A stretch of DNA of 64,000 bases from an uncultured Actinomycetes bacterium. GTDB taxonomy: Bacteria; Actinomycetota; Actinomycetes; Streptosporangiales; Streptosporangiaceae. The notes below the pieces were generated by a model that was given only the letters and a program-made list of their open reading frames with translations, was not told the DNA's origin and searched no databases. The stretch lies in the NCBI GenBank assembly GCA_963747705.1, contig CAVVGF010000076.1:4642-68641 (forward strand), read 5' to 3'. Positions within the stretch are counted from its first letter, which is position 1. Each line of letters begins with the position of its first letter. The position numbers and the translations under genes were made by a program. Shown here piece by piece: positions 1 to 9,163 of this stretch.

Positions 1-231
1 AACCACCCCGGGTTGGCCAGGCCGCTGTCCAGTGCCTGTGTCTGTCTCCGGTCGAGCCGATCAGACACTCCAGCCATGCTCTTGGCCCTGGCAGCCAAGC
101 TGATCGCTATGCCCGGGGGGCGAGCGATCCCGGCAGCATCCCCGCTGAGACGACACCCAGGGTACTGGGAATTCCAGTGGCTTTGCACGCAGATACGTTG
201 CCAGGCCCGGTAGCCATTCAGCGCAGGGAAG

Positions 232-456
232 TCAGAGGACGTAGGAGCCCCGCGTTGGCACGGTCTCAACTAGGCCACGCTCTCTGAGCACGGCTACGGC
301 ACGTCTGGCCGTGTTCCGGCCAATCTCGAACTCTTCGATTAGCTCACTTTCGGAGGGAAGCCGGGAGTCCTTCGGGTACTGGCCCGACTCGATCCGGCTC
401 TCAAGGATCTCAGCCACCTGCAAGTAAGGCGGCTTCCTTGCTGTCGGATCGATCAT
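232..456 (-). CDS. GntR-family winged-helix DNA-binding protein (stand-alone HTH, 74 aa)
   Basis: ORF 232..456. PSESELIEEFEIGRNTARRAVAVLRERGLV matches the GntR HTH signature. No effector domain follows. Confidence 0.65.
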   Translation of the reverse strand: MIDPTARKPPYLQVAEILESRIESGQYPKDSRLPSESELIEEFEIGRNTARRAVAVLRERGLVETVPTRGSYVL

Positions 457-492
457 GGGAATAACGGTAACCGTGCCGTGATCAGCGGGAAC

Positions 493-535
493 GTTCTAGC
501 ACTACCTAGAACAAGCTAGAACGAGCCGGCTAGAG
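493..535. promoter_or_regulatory. Putative operator repeats in divergent promoter
   Basis: GTTCTAG (493-499) and CTAGAAC (506-512) form an inverted pair, followed by CTAGAAC (516-522) and CTAGAG (530-535). All lie in the 120-bp spacer between the GntR gene and ORF 577..849. Confidence 0.3.
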
Positions 536-576
536 TGCGGGGATGACTCGATCGAGCAAGAGGTAGGGGGGAACTG

Positions 577-849
577 GTGTTAGAGCCCCGGCGGCCATAC
601 ACCCACGACCAGGTGAAGGTGCTCTACCCGGTGTTGACCGAGGTGGAGTGCCGCATCGTCGCCGAGATCGAGCAGCGATACCGGTTCTGGGAGGTCTGGC
701 CGCCTCTCGACTATCCGCAGACGCACGTCTGGTACGCCCGCCGCGCTTTCACCGCCATGCAGCCGTTAGTCGCTCAGCGGATCGGGGACCTGCCCGGTGA
801 GATCGTCAACTGGGTGAATGAGAATTCCAGCGCCCCGTCCCCCTGGTAG
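577..849 (+). CDS. Hypothetical small protein (90 aa)
   Basis: GTG-start ORF preceded by a purine-rich stretch. Shares an HVW...YARR motif with the 13541..13756 product. No domain recognised. Confidence 0.4.
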   Translation: MLEPRRPYTHDQVKVLYPVLTEVECRIVAEIEQRYRFWEVWPPLDYPQTHVWYARRAFTAMQPLVAQRIGDLPGEIVNWVNENSSAPSPW

Positions 850-902
850 GAGGTTGATCTCGACCCACGGGTCACAGTGGCACCAGCCCGCCGAGTGCGT
901 CC

Positions 903-1011
903 ATCAGCGCGGTGAGTTGCGGTCATCGGTGCGGTGACTTTCAACAGCGCGGTGGCTGGATGACTCATAGGTGCTAAAAGTCACCGCGCTGCCAAAAAGT
1001 ACCGCGCTGAT
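903..1011. repeat. Nested inverted repeats (structured element or bidirectional terminator region)
   Basis: CATCAGCGCGGT (903-914) pairs perfectly with ACCGCGCTGATG (1000-1011). Inner GCGGTGACTTT (931-941) pairs with AAAGTCACCGC (977-987). The element lies between convergent 3' ends. Confidence 0.4.
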
Positions 1012-1056
1012 GGGTGGGGGCAGGCCTGGCGCGCGGGGCAGGCCTGGCCCGCAGGG

Positions 1057-1515
1057 TCAGCTGGTGGGGATGAGCTTGCGGTGGTCCCAGGAGACGACGC
1101 GCTCCGGCTGGACGATGTAGCCGACCCGCTTGCGGGCGGCGTGCGCCACGTAGTCGTCCAGCGCGTCGCCCGGCACGCCGCTCAGCCCGCCCGCGATGCG
1201 GCGGCCGATGTCCAGCACTCCGGCCTGGTCCGCCACCACGCGCACCGTGCCGGTGACCTGGACGCCGCGCAGCTCGAAGTAGTCGTCGCCGTCCTCGATC
1301 AGGCAGGCCAGCCGCGGGTCGCGGTCCAGGTTGCGTGCCTTCTGCGAGGTCCGGTAGGTCCAGAACCCGATCCGCCCGTCGATCAGCGCGTAGAACATCG
1401 TGACCAGGTGCGGGGTGCCGTCCGGGTTGATCGTGGCCAGCTGGACCTTGCGCGCGGACCCCAGCAGGGCCCCCACCTCCGCGTCGGTCATCGTCACCAG
1501 GTCGCGCTGCTTCAT
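1057..1515 (-). CDS. Pyridoxamine 5'-phosphate oxidase family protein (PPOX-class, probably F420-dependent)
   Basis: 152 aa with a split-barrel PNPOx-like sequence (VQLATINPDGTPHLVTMFY ... GYIVQPERVVSWD). Confidence 0.75.
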   Translation of the reverse strand: MKQRDLVTMTDAEVGALLGSARKVQLATINPDGTPHLVTMFYALIDGRIGFWTYRTSQKARNLDRDPRLACLIEDGDDYFELRGVQVTGTVRVVADQAGVLDIGRRIAGGLSGVPGDALDDYVAHAARKRVGYIVQPERVVSWDHRKLIPTS

Positions 1516-2479
1516 CAGCTGAATCCGATCGTCTCGCTGGCCAGGGCGATCGTGTCCTCGCAGGCGAACCCCGGGCCGGCCCGTCCGTAGGTTCGCCTAC
1601 AGAAGCGCCGAACACCGGGCCCAGCGCGGCGTGCACCGTGTCCAGCGTCCACATCCCGTCCGCGGAACCGTGCTCGGCGGCCTGGAACGTAGCCCGGATC
1701 CGCGGCGGGGCCATGACCGCGGCCACCCCGCCGTGCACCACGAACACCTCGCCGTTGATCCCCGCCGCGGCCGGGCTGGCCAGGTAGGTGACCAGCGGCG
1801 CGACGTGTTCCGGGGCCATCGGGTCCACCTCGCCCGCGGGCGCGGAGCCCATCAGATCGGCGGTCATCGCGGTCCGGCCCCGCGGGCAGATCGCGTTGGC
1901 GCGCACCCCGTACCGGGCGCAACCCCGCGCGGTGGACAGGGTGAGCGCGGTGATCCCGGCCTTGGCCGCGGCGTAGTTGGGCTGGCCCGGCGAGCCGAGC
2001 AGGAACGCCTCGGACGACGTGTTGACGATCCGGGCGTACACCGGGCCGCCCGCTTCCTTGCTGGCCGCCCGCCAGTGCGCGGTGGCGAACCGGGTGGTCA
2101 CGAAGTGGCCGCGCAGGTGCACCCGGATGACCTGGTCCCACTCCTCGGCGGACATGGAGAACACCATCCGGTCCCGTACCAGCCCCGCGTTGTTGACCAG
2201 GATGTCCAGCTGCCCGTACGTGCCGAGCGCGGCCGCCACCAGGTCCTGGCCGGTCTGCCAGTCGCCGATGTCGCCCGGGCAGGCCACCGCCTCGCCGCCG
2301 CCGGCCCGGATCTCATCGGCGAGCGCCCGCAGTTCGCCGCCGGCCAGGTCGTTCAGCACCAGGCGGGCGCCGGCCTGGGCCAGCCCGCGGGCCTCGGCCC
2401 GGCCCAGGCCGTTCGCCGCGCCGGTGACGATGGCCACCCGGCCGTCCAGCGTGAGGGCGTCGTTCATCGCGGCCAACAC
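1515..2479 (-). CDS. SDR-family oxidoreductase, apparent frameshift near 1570-1580
   Basis: Motifs TGAANGLG, NNAG and YAAAK are present. The frame changes in a C/G run. The downstream frame ends ...EDTIALASETIGFS with a TGATG overlap onto the PPOX start. The 501-aa ORF in the track is read-through. Confidence 0.7.
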
Positions 2480-2485
2480 AGCTCC

Positions 2486-3253
2486 CTAGTAACCGGGTCC
2501 TGACAGCAGCCCGCCGTCGGCGGTGAACTCGCTGCCGGTCGAGTAGGACGACTCGTCCGAGGCCAGGAACATGACCAGCCGCGAGATCTCGGCCGGCTCG
2601 GCCATCCGGCCGATGGGCATCGACTTGAACAGCGCTTCCGGGTCAACATGCTCGAACGAGTCGGCCCGGGACAGCATCATGCTGGTCAGCACCCCGCCCG
2701 GGTGCACCGAGTTGACCCGGATGCCGAGCCGGCCCAGCTCCTGCGCGGCCGCCTTGGTCATCCCGCGCACCGCGAACTTGCTGGCGCTGTACGCGGACAG
2801 CCCGGCCGCGCCGGTGAACCCCTCGACCGAGGAGATGTTCACGATGGATCCGCCGCCCGCCGCGGTCATCGGCTCGATGACCGACTTCATGCCGAGCCAG
2901 CAGCCCACCGCGTTGATGTCCAGCACCCGCCGGAACTCCGCCAGCGGCATGTCCGCGATCGGCGCGAAGGTCAGCACCCCCGCATTGTTCACCAGCACAT
3001 CCAATTTTCCGAACGCCGTAAGCGCCGTACTCACCGCCGCAGCCCACTCGGCCTCGCTGGTAACGTCGTGGTGCACGTAGCGGCAAGAGCCTGCGGGCAG
3101 CTTGGCCGCGACGAACTCGCCCTTGTCGTCCAGCACGTCGCCGAACACGACCCGGGCGCCCTCGGCCACGAACTGCCGCACATGCGACTTGCCCATGCCG
3201 CGCGCGCCGCCGGTGATCAGCGCGACCTTCCCGTCCAGCCGCCCCACGCGCAC
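2486..3253 (-). CDS. SDR-family oxidoreductase (3-alpha/20-beta-hydroxysteroid dehydrogenase-like)
   Basis: 255 aa with TGGARGMG, NNAG and the S...YSASK catalytic motifs. Confidence 0.85.
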   Translation of the reverse strand: MRVGRLDGKVALITGGARGMGKSHVRQFVAEGARVVFGDVLDDKGEFVAAKLPAGSCRYVHHDVTSEAEWAAAVSTALTAFGKLDVLVNNAGVLTFAPIADMPLAEFRRVLDINAVGCWLGMKSVIEPMTAAGGGSIVNISSVEGFTGAAGLSAYSASKFAVRGMTKAAAQELGRLGIRVNSVHPGGVLTSMMLSRADSFEHVDPEALFKSMPIGRMAEPAEISRLVMFLASDESSYSTGSEFTADGGLLSGPGY

Positions 3254-3360
3254 CTCCAGGCACCAAACGCTTGCTTGGTACTGAGCTTAACAGCGGCTGT
3301 CGATTTGCCGGGGGCCCGTTCGTGTAGCCGGTAGACAAGCCCACGACACGAGGAGGCGTC

Positions 3361-4212
3361 ATGCCCGCACCAGAGGTCCTGATCAGCGGCCTGGGTATCC
3401 CCGAGTCACCCCGCTGGCACGACGGCCGGCTGTGGTTCGCCAACTGGGTCGGCCAGCAGATCGTGGCGCTCGGCCCGGACGGCACGGCCGAGTTCCTGCC
3501 CACCCCGGTCGAGCAGCCGATGGGCTGGTCCATCGACTGGCTGCCGGACGGCCGGCTGCTCACCACCGGCGACAAGCTGCGCCGCCGGGAGCCGGACGGC
3601 CACTGGGTCACGCTGGCCGGCCAGGCCGCCAACGAGATCGTCGTGGACGGGCGGGGCAACACCTACATCAACGGCGCGAAGCTCAACTTCGACCCGGTCA
3701 CGGGCTGGGCGCCCGAGCCGGGCTGGATCGAGCTGGTCACGCCGGACGGCCAGCGCCGCCAGGTGGCCGGTGAGATCCAGTTCCCGAACGGCATGGTCAT
3801 CACGCCGGACAACCGGACGCTGATCATCTCCGAGTCGTTCGCCGGCCAGCTGACCGCCTTCGACATCGACCCGGACGGCGGCCTGTCCGGCCGGCGGGTG
3901 TTCGCCGGAGGGATCGGGCCGGACGGCATCTGCCTGGACGCCGACGGCGCGGTCTGGGCTGGCAGTGGCGGGGCCGGGGTGGTCCGGGTCGCCTCTGATG
4001 GCCAGGTCCTGCAGCGCATCGAACTGGCCGAGAACCGGGCCCCGTTCGCGCTGGCGCTGGGCGGCGGCGACCGGCGGACGCTGTTCATCCTGACCGCCGA
4101 GTGGCGGCTGGAAGACGGCGCCGCCGGGAACCTGCCCCGGCTGGCCAACGGGCCGCGTACCGGGGAGGTTCTGGCCGTCCCGGTCTCAGTCCCCGGCGCT
4201 GGCCGTCCCTGA
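3361..4212 (+). CDS. SMP-30/gluconolactonase/LRE family protein
   Basis: 283 aa with beta-propeller motifs ESPRWHDGRLWF, FPNGMVITPD and PDGICLDADG. Confidence 0.8.
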   Translation: MPAPEVLISGLGIPESPRWHDGRLWFANWVGQQIVALGPDGTAEFLPTPVEQPMGWSIDWLPDGRLLTTGDKLRRREPDGHWVTLAGQAANEIVVDGRGNTYINGAKLNFDPVTGWAPEPGWIELVTPDGQRRQVAGEIQFPNGMVITPDNRTLIISESFAGQLTAFDIDPDGGLSGRRVFAGGIGPDGICLDADGAVWAGSGGAGVVRVASDGQVLQRIELAENRAPFALALGGGDRRTLFILTAEWRLEDGAAGNLPRLANGPRTGEVLAVPVSVPGAGRP

Positions 4213-4692
4213 CGGCACGTCCTGATCCAGCCACGGCGGCGGAACCCGCCAGAACCTGCGGCGGAACCGGCCGTGGAACGCGCCCCGGCCGAACATCACC
4301 AGCGCTCCGGCGGTAGACAGGCCCAGCAGGATGGTCATGGCCTGGCTGAGCCAGCCAATGTGGTGGGCCTCGGCCACGATGCCCACCGCCGTACTGGCGC
4401 CGAACAGGGCCAGGTAGCCCAGCACGAACAGGAAGTACTGCCCCCGGGGCCGGGGGCTGGTCCGCTTCGCCGCTCGCTCCACCGCATAACCGTGGCAGAT
4501 GAGAAGAACCATCAGGACAGCCACCAGGAGCAGGTACCGGCCCACCCGCCCGGCCTGATGAGTCCTGATGATCAGGGCCCCGGCCAGCAGGATGGCGGGC
4601 ACACCGATGACGAGAACGTAGCGCCAGGCACGCCGTACCTGCCGCTCACGGCGGCTCAGCGGCCCGGCGTGCGCACCGCCTCCGATACCCAT
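4186..4692 (-). CDS. Hypothetical integral membrane protein (about 168 aa, 4 TM)
   Basis: ATG at 4692 makes a TGATG overlap with the TetR stop. Four hydrophobic spans are present. The longer 203-aa ORF would overlap TetR. Confidence 0.5.
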   Translation of the reverse strand: MGIGGGAHAGPLSRRERQVRRAWRYVLVIGVPAILLAGALIIRTHQAGRVGRYLLLVAVLMVLLICHGYAVERAAKRTSPRPRGQYFLFVLGYLALFGASTAVGIVAEAHHIGWLSQAMTILLGLSTAGALVMFGRGAFHGRFRRRFWRVPPPWLDQDVPSGTASAGD

Positions 4693-5342
4693 CAGGGGTG
4701 CTGGGCGGCGATCCCGTCGAACAGGATCTGGAGGAACGCGTCCACCACCTGGTCGGTGCTGAAGCCGCCAGCCAGCCGCCACTGCGCCGGGATCCACAGC
4801 ACGTCGCGCAGCAGCCGGTAGGTCAGCCTGGCGTCCAGGTCGGCGCGGAAGTCGCCGCTCTCCTTGCCCCGTTCCAGCTGGGTGATCCAGGTCCGCTCGA
4901 TCTCCCGCACCGCCTTGAACAGGTAATTGAACCGGGGCTGGCCCGCGAAGTAGGTCCAGTCGTTCTGCAGCATGGCCAGCGCGGCCCGGTGCCGGGACAG
5001 GGTATGCGCCGTGGACCGGACGATCTGCTCCAGCACCGCGCGCGGGCGGCCCGCCGAGGCGGCCGCGGCGCGGTAGTCGGCGAGCACCTCGTTCAGGAAG
5101 CTGGACAGGATCTCGTCCGCGATCGACTCCTTGGAGTCGAAGTGGTGGTACAGGCTGCCGGACAGGATCCCGGCGGCGTCCGCGATCTCCCGTACCGTGG
5201 TGGCCCGGAACCCCTTCTCCGCGAACAGGTCACCGGCCAGCTCGACCATCTCAGTACGCCGCTCGGACCGGGGCGCCCCGTCCTGGGTCATCGCGGTGGC
5301 CACGCCGTTCCGGCTGCCGCCCTGGGCTTTCCTCGTGCTCAC
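4692..5342 (-). CDS. TetR/AcrR family transcriptional regulator
   Basis: 216 aa with HTH FRATTVREIADAAGILSGSLYHHFDSKE. GTGA overlap with the upstream ATPase stop. Confidence 0.85.
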   Translation of the reverse strand: MSTRKAQGGSRNGVATAMTQDGAPRSERRTEMVELAGDLFAEKGFRATTVREIADAAGILSGSLYHHFDSKESIADEILSSFLNEVLADYRAAAASAGRPRAVLEQIVRSTAHTLSRHRAALAMLQNDWTYFAGQPRFNYLFKAVREIERTWITQLERGKESGDFRADLDARLTYRLLRDVLWIPAQWRLAGGFSTDQVVDAFLQILFDGIAAQHP

Positions 5343-6373
5343 CTGCTCATTATCGCAGGAGTCTGCCTAGCGCTTGCTCGGTCAGGGCCGTCAAGACCGG
5401 ATAAGCCTCGGCGCAGCGCCCCACCCAGCACGTCCTCGGCCCGGTGACAGGCCACGAGCCGGCCCGGCGGCCCGGCCGCGCGCAGCGCCGGGATCTCGGT
5501 GCGGCACCGCGCCACGGCCAGCGGGCAGCGCGGGTGGAACACGCAACCCGGCGGCGGGCTGGCCGCGTTGGGTGGTTCGCCCGGCAGCACCAGCCGGGAC
5601 CGGCGGGCCACCGGGTCGATCTCCGGCACGGCCGAACGGAGCGCCTCGGTGTACGGGTGCGCCGGCGTCCGCAGGAGCTCGGCGGTCGGGCCGCTCTCGG
5701 CCACCCGGCCCAGGTAGAGCACGGCGGTCTGCTCGCACAGCTCACTCACGATGGCCACGTTGTGCGTGATCAGCAGGTAGCCGAGCGCGCGGTCGGCACG
5801 CAGCCGGCCGATCAACGCCAGGATCCGGGCCTGGGCCCGTACGTCCAGCGCGCTGGTCGGCTCGTCCAGCACCAGCAGCCGGGGCGCCGTGCTGAGCGCC
5901 CGCGCGATGGCCACTCGCTGCCGCTGCCCGCCGGAGAGCTGATGCGGGTACCGGGTGGCGAACTCAGGGTCCAGCCCGACCTCGGCCAGCAGGTCGCCGA
6001 CCCGGGCGGCAGCCTGCCGCCGCGGCACCAGATGATGCGCGGCCAGTGCCTCCCGGATCGAGGTGCCGACCCGCATCCGCGGGTCCAGGCTGTTGTCCGG
6101 ATCCTGGAACACGATCTGCGCAGCCCGCCGGTAGTCCTGCAGCGCCCGGCCGCGCAGCGCGGCGATGTCCGTGCCCTCGAACCGGATCCGCCCGCCGCTG
6201 AGCGAAGGCAGCAGCCGGACCACGGCCCGGCCGATGGTGGACTTGCCCGACCCGCTCTCCCCGACCAGGCCGAGCCCGGCCGGCCCCGCCGCGACCTGCA
6301 GGCTCACCCCGTCGACCGCGCGCACCGGCCCGAAGCGCACGCTCAGGTCCTCGATCTCCAGCAGCGCGCTCAT
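5339..6373 (-). CDS. Oligopeptide/dipeptide ABC transporter ATP-binding protein (OppF/DppF-like)
   Basis: Walker A GESGSGKST, signature LSGGQRQR and Walker B LLVLDEPTSALD. The C-terminal peptide-transporter extension (PHPYT, CVFHPRCP) is present. Confidence 0.9.
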   Translation of the reverse strand: MSALLEIEDLSVRFGPVRAVDGVSLQVAAGPAGLGLVGESGSGKSTIGRAVVRLLPSLSGGRIRFEGTDIAALRGRALQDYRRAAQIVFQDPDNSLDPRMRVGTSIREALAAHHLVPRRQAAARVGDLLAEVGLDPEFATRYPHQLSGGQRQRVAIARALSTAPRLLVLDEPTSALDVRAQARILALIGRLRADRALGYLLITHNVAIVSELCEQTAVLYLGRVAESGPTAELLRTPAHPYTEALRSAVPEIDPVARRSRLVLPGEPPNAASPPPGCVFHPRCPLAVARCRTEIPALRAAGPPGRLVACHRAEDVLGGALRRGLSGLDGPDRASARQTPAIMSR

Positions 6374-7257
6374 CCGGGCCCCTCGCCATCAGCCGGGGTG
6401 GGAGATGGTGGCGCATCGGGCGGAGGCGGCACCGCGGCGGGTGGCGCCGGGAGGATCGAAGCGGCCGGTGCCTGGCCGAGCCGGGGGACCGCGGCCAGCA
6501 GTTCGGCCGTGTACTCGTGCTGCGGCGCGGACAGCACCTGGCCGGCCGGGCCCTGCTCGACGATCGCGCCGCCCTGCATGATCGCCACCCGGTCGCACAG
6601 CTCGGCCACCACGGCCAGGTCGTGGCTGATCAGCAGCACCGACATGCCGTCGCGCTCGCGCAGCCCGCGTAGCAGGTCGAGCACCTCGGCCTGCACGGTC
6701 ACGTCCAGCGCGCTGGTCGGCTCGTCGGCCAGCAGCACCTCGGCCCGCAGCGCCAGCGCGAGCGCGATCGCGACCCGCTGCAGCTGCCCGCCGGACAGCT
6801 CCGCCGGGTACCGGTCCAGCAGGTCCGGTGCCAGCAGCACCTGGCGCATCGCCCGCGCCGCCGCGTCGGCCGCGTCCGCCCGGCTCAACCCGTGCAGCCG
6901 CAGCGCGCGCAGCACCACGCTGCCCACCTTGAACACCGGGCTGAACGCCATGGCCGGGCTCTGGAAGATGGCCGCGATCCGCCGTCCGCGGATATCTCGC
7001 AGCGCACGCTGGGACAGCCCGGTCAGCTCGGTACCGTCCAGCTGGATGCTGCCGCTGACCGTCGCGCCCACGGTGTGCGCCAGGCCCAGGATGGCCAGCG
7101 TGGTCAGGGACTTGCCGGAGCCGCTCTCCCCGGCCAGCCCGACGATTTCGGCGGCCCCCAGCCCGAACTCATTGATGTCCACGACCTGCCGGTCGCCGAA
7201 CCGCACCTGCACATCCGACAGATGCAGCCGGTACTTATCCGACATATGTAGTTTCAT
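6370..7257 (-). CDS. Oligopeptide/dipeptide ABC transporter ATP-binding protein (OppD/DppD-like)
   Basis: Motifs GESGSGKS, LSGGQLQR and LLADEPTSALD. ATG at 7257 forms an ATGA overlap with the permease stop. The 485-aa track ORF is N-terminal read-through. Confidence 0.85.
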   Translation of the reverse strand: MKLHMSDKYRLHLSDVQVRFGDRQVVDINEFGLGAAEIVGLAGESGSGKSLTTLAILGLAHTVGATVSGSIQLDGTELTGLSQRALRDIRGRRIAAIFQSPAMAFSPVFKVGSVVLRALRLHGLSRADAADAAARAMRQVLLAPDLLDRYPAELSGGQLQRVAIALALALRAEVLLADEPTSALDVTVQAEVLDLLRGLRERDGMSVLLISHDLAVVAELCDRVAIMQGGAIVEQGPAGQVLSAPQHEYTAELLAAVPRLGQAPAASILPAPPAAVPPPPDAPPSPTPADGEGPG

Positions 7258-8150
7258 GGCAGCAGGTTCCGCCGGGGGTCGAGCAGGTCGCGCAGCCCGT
7301 CGCCGAGCAGGTTGAACGCGAACGCGGTGACCATGATCGCGATACCCGGGAACGTCACCACCCACCAGGCGGTGGTGAAGTAGTTCTGCCCCTCGGCCAC
7401 CATCAGACCCCAGTCCGGGGTGGGGTCCTGGGCGCCGAGGCCGAGGAAGGACAGCGCCGAGGCGGTCAGGATGACCCCACCCACGTCCAGCGACACCTGC
7501 ACGATCAGCGGGGTGACCGAGTTGGGCAGGATGTGCCGGACGATGATCCGCCAGCGCGGGATGCCCAGGGCCCGGCAGCTGTCGATGTAGGGGCGGCCCG
7601 CCACCGAGGCCGCCTGGCCCCGGATCAGCCGGGTGTACCACGGCCACCAGGTCACCGCGATCGCGATGGTCAGGCTGGTCAGGCTGGCTGGCAGCACCGC
7701 GGCCAGGGCCAGCGCGAGCAGCAGTGACGGGAAGGCCAGGAAGACGTCGGTCACCCGCATGATCACTTCGTCCACCCAGCCGCCGAAGTAGCCGGCCGCG
7801 ATGCCCAGCGGGACGCCGATCAGGCACGCGATGACCAGCACGATGACCGCGATCAGCGGCGAGATCCGGGCGCCGTAGATGACCCGGGACAGCACGTCCC
7901 GGCCGACCTGGTCGGTGCCGAACCAGTGCGCCGCCGACGGCGGCTTGAGCACCGCGAACGGGTGGGTGGCGGTGCCCGCGTCGCCGGGGAACGGCGCCAG
8001 CAGCGGGGCCGCCGTCGCGACGACCACGATGAACAGCGCGGTCAGCGCGCCCGCCAGCAGCAGCGGGTTGGCCCGCAGGCCGCGGCGCAGCGCCTGGCCC
8101 CGTGGTAGCACGGCGGCCGGGATGTCAGCCGGTGTGGGCGCCTCGATCAT
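7254..8150 (-). CDS. ABC transporter permease (OppC/DppC-like)
   Basis: 298 aa multi-TM binding-protein-dependent permease, overlap-coupled on both sides. Confidence 0.9.
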   Translation of the reverse strand: MIEAPTPADIPAAVLPRGQALRRGLRANPLLLAGALTALFIVVVATAAPLLAPFPGDAGTATHPFAVLKPPSAAHWFGTDQVGRDVLSRVIYGARISPLIAVIVLVIACLIGVPLGIAAGYFGGWVDEVIMRVTDVFLAFPSLLLALALAAVLPASLTSLTIAIAVTWWPWYTRLIRGQAASVAGRPYIDSCRALGIPRWRIIVRHILPNSVTPLIVQVSLDVGGVILTASALSFLGLGAQDPTPDWGLMVAEGQNYFTTAWWVVTFPGIAIMVTAFAFNLLGDGLRDLLDPRRNLLP

Positions 8151-9163
8151 CGCAGCCGGATTCTCGGGTCCAGGGCGGCCTGCAGAATGTCCACGATCAG
8201 GTTCGCGGCCACGTACACCAGTGCGATGAACAGAGTCACCCCGAGGATGGCGGGGGTGTCCAGGGTGGCGATCGAGGCGGCCGCGTAGCTGCCCAGCCCG
8301 GGCCAGTCGAAGATCGCCTCGACCAGGAACGTGTTGACCAGCGAGTAGCCGAACACCAGGGCCACCGCGGCGGCCACCGGGTTCCAGGCCAGCTTCATCG
8401 CGAACCGGCCGAACACGGCGCGCTCACGGAAGCCCAGCGCACGGAGCATCTGGATGTGCGTCTCACCCACCGTGTCCAGCACCTGGGCGCGGACCATCCG
8501 GGCGATCAGCCCGGCCGGGTAGGCGGCGACGACCACCGCGGGCAGCACCAGGTGGGCCAGGATGCTGCCCAGCATCGGCCAGTTCCCGGTCAGCAGCGCG
8601 TCCACCAGGCTGAACCCGGTCACCCGGGCCAGCGGGTGGCTGAACAGCAGGTTGGGTGAGTACTCACCGGCCGCGGGCAGCCAGTGCAGCTGCTGGGAGA
8701 ACACCAGCTGCAGGATGAGCGCCATCCAGAAGATCGGCATCGACACGCCGAGGATCGACGCGGCCCGGATGGCCTGGTCGGCCACGCCGCCCGGCCAGCG
8801 CGCCGAGACCAGGCCGAGCGGTACCGCCACCACCAGCGCGATGATCAGCGCGGCGGTGACCAGTTCCAGCGAAGCCGGGGCGGCGGTGCCGATGTCGGAC
8901 AGCACCGGCTGGTGGGTGTGCACCGACAGCCCCCAGTTCCCGCTGAGGATGCCGCCGAAGTAGGTCAGCAACTGGACGGCGGGCGGCCGGTCCAGGCCGA
9001 GGAACCGCCGCGCCGCGGCGACCTGGGCGGCCGAGGCGTGGGGTCCGGCCCAGGTCGCCGCCGGGTCGCCCGGGACGACGCGGGCGATCACGAACGTGGC
9101 GATGATGACGCCCGCGACCACCAGCGCGGCCAGGGCGACCCGGCGCGCGACGTAAACGGTCAA
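8147..9163 (-). CDS. ABC transporter permease (OppB/DppB-like)
   Basis: 338 aa with 6 TM and typical DppB-type N- and C-termini. Confidence 0.9.
   Translation of the reverse strand: MTVYVARRVALAALVVAGVIIATFVIARVVPGDPAATWAGPHASAAQVAAARRFLGLDRPPAVQLLTYFGGILSGNWGLSVHTHQPVLSDIGTAAPASLELVTAALIIALVVAVPLGLVSARWPGGVADQAIRAASILGVSMPIFWMALILQLVFSQQLHWLPAAGEYSPNLLFSHPLARVTGFSLVDALLTGNWPMLGSILAHLVLPAVVVAAYPAGLIARMVRAQVLDTVGETHIQMLRALGFRERAVFGRFAMKLAWNPVAAAVALVFGYSLVNTFLVEAIFDWPGLGSYAAASIATLDTPAILGVTLFIALVYVAANLIVDILQAALDPRIRLR

Noticed and set aside
13-213. A 66-aa ORF at the window edge
   Set aside because: It has no recognisable motif, poor start context and Cys/Arg-rich composition, so it cannot be supported.
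974-2479. A 501-aa ORF extending the SDR across the PPOX gene
   Set aside because: Beyond about residue 300 the sequence is low-complexity Arg/Pro/Gly and fully overlaps a well-supported gene. A neighbouring frame gives a sensible C-terminus coupled to the PPOX start.
5444-7315. Long antisense or overlapping ORFs. Examples: 5444..7315, 10797..12425, 15746..17026, 33529..35016, 59171..61252 and 62612..63553.
   Set aside because: They lie opposite strongly supported genes and have Arg/Gly/Pro/His-rich composition and no motifs. Stop-free antisense frames are expected at this GC content.
6370-7827. A 485-aa version of the OppD-like ATPase
   Set aside because: The first 190 aa or so overlap the permease gene in another frame and are Arg/Pro/Gly-rich. 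An internal ATG at 7257 gives a canonical ATGA coupling and a normal-length ATPase.
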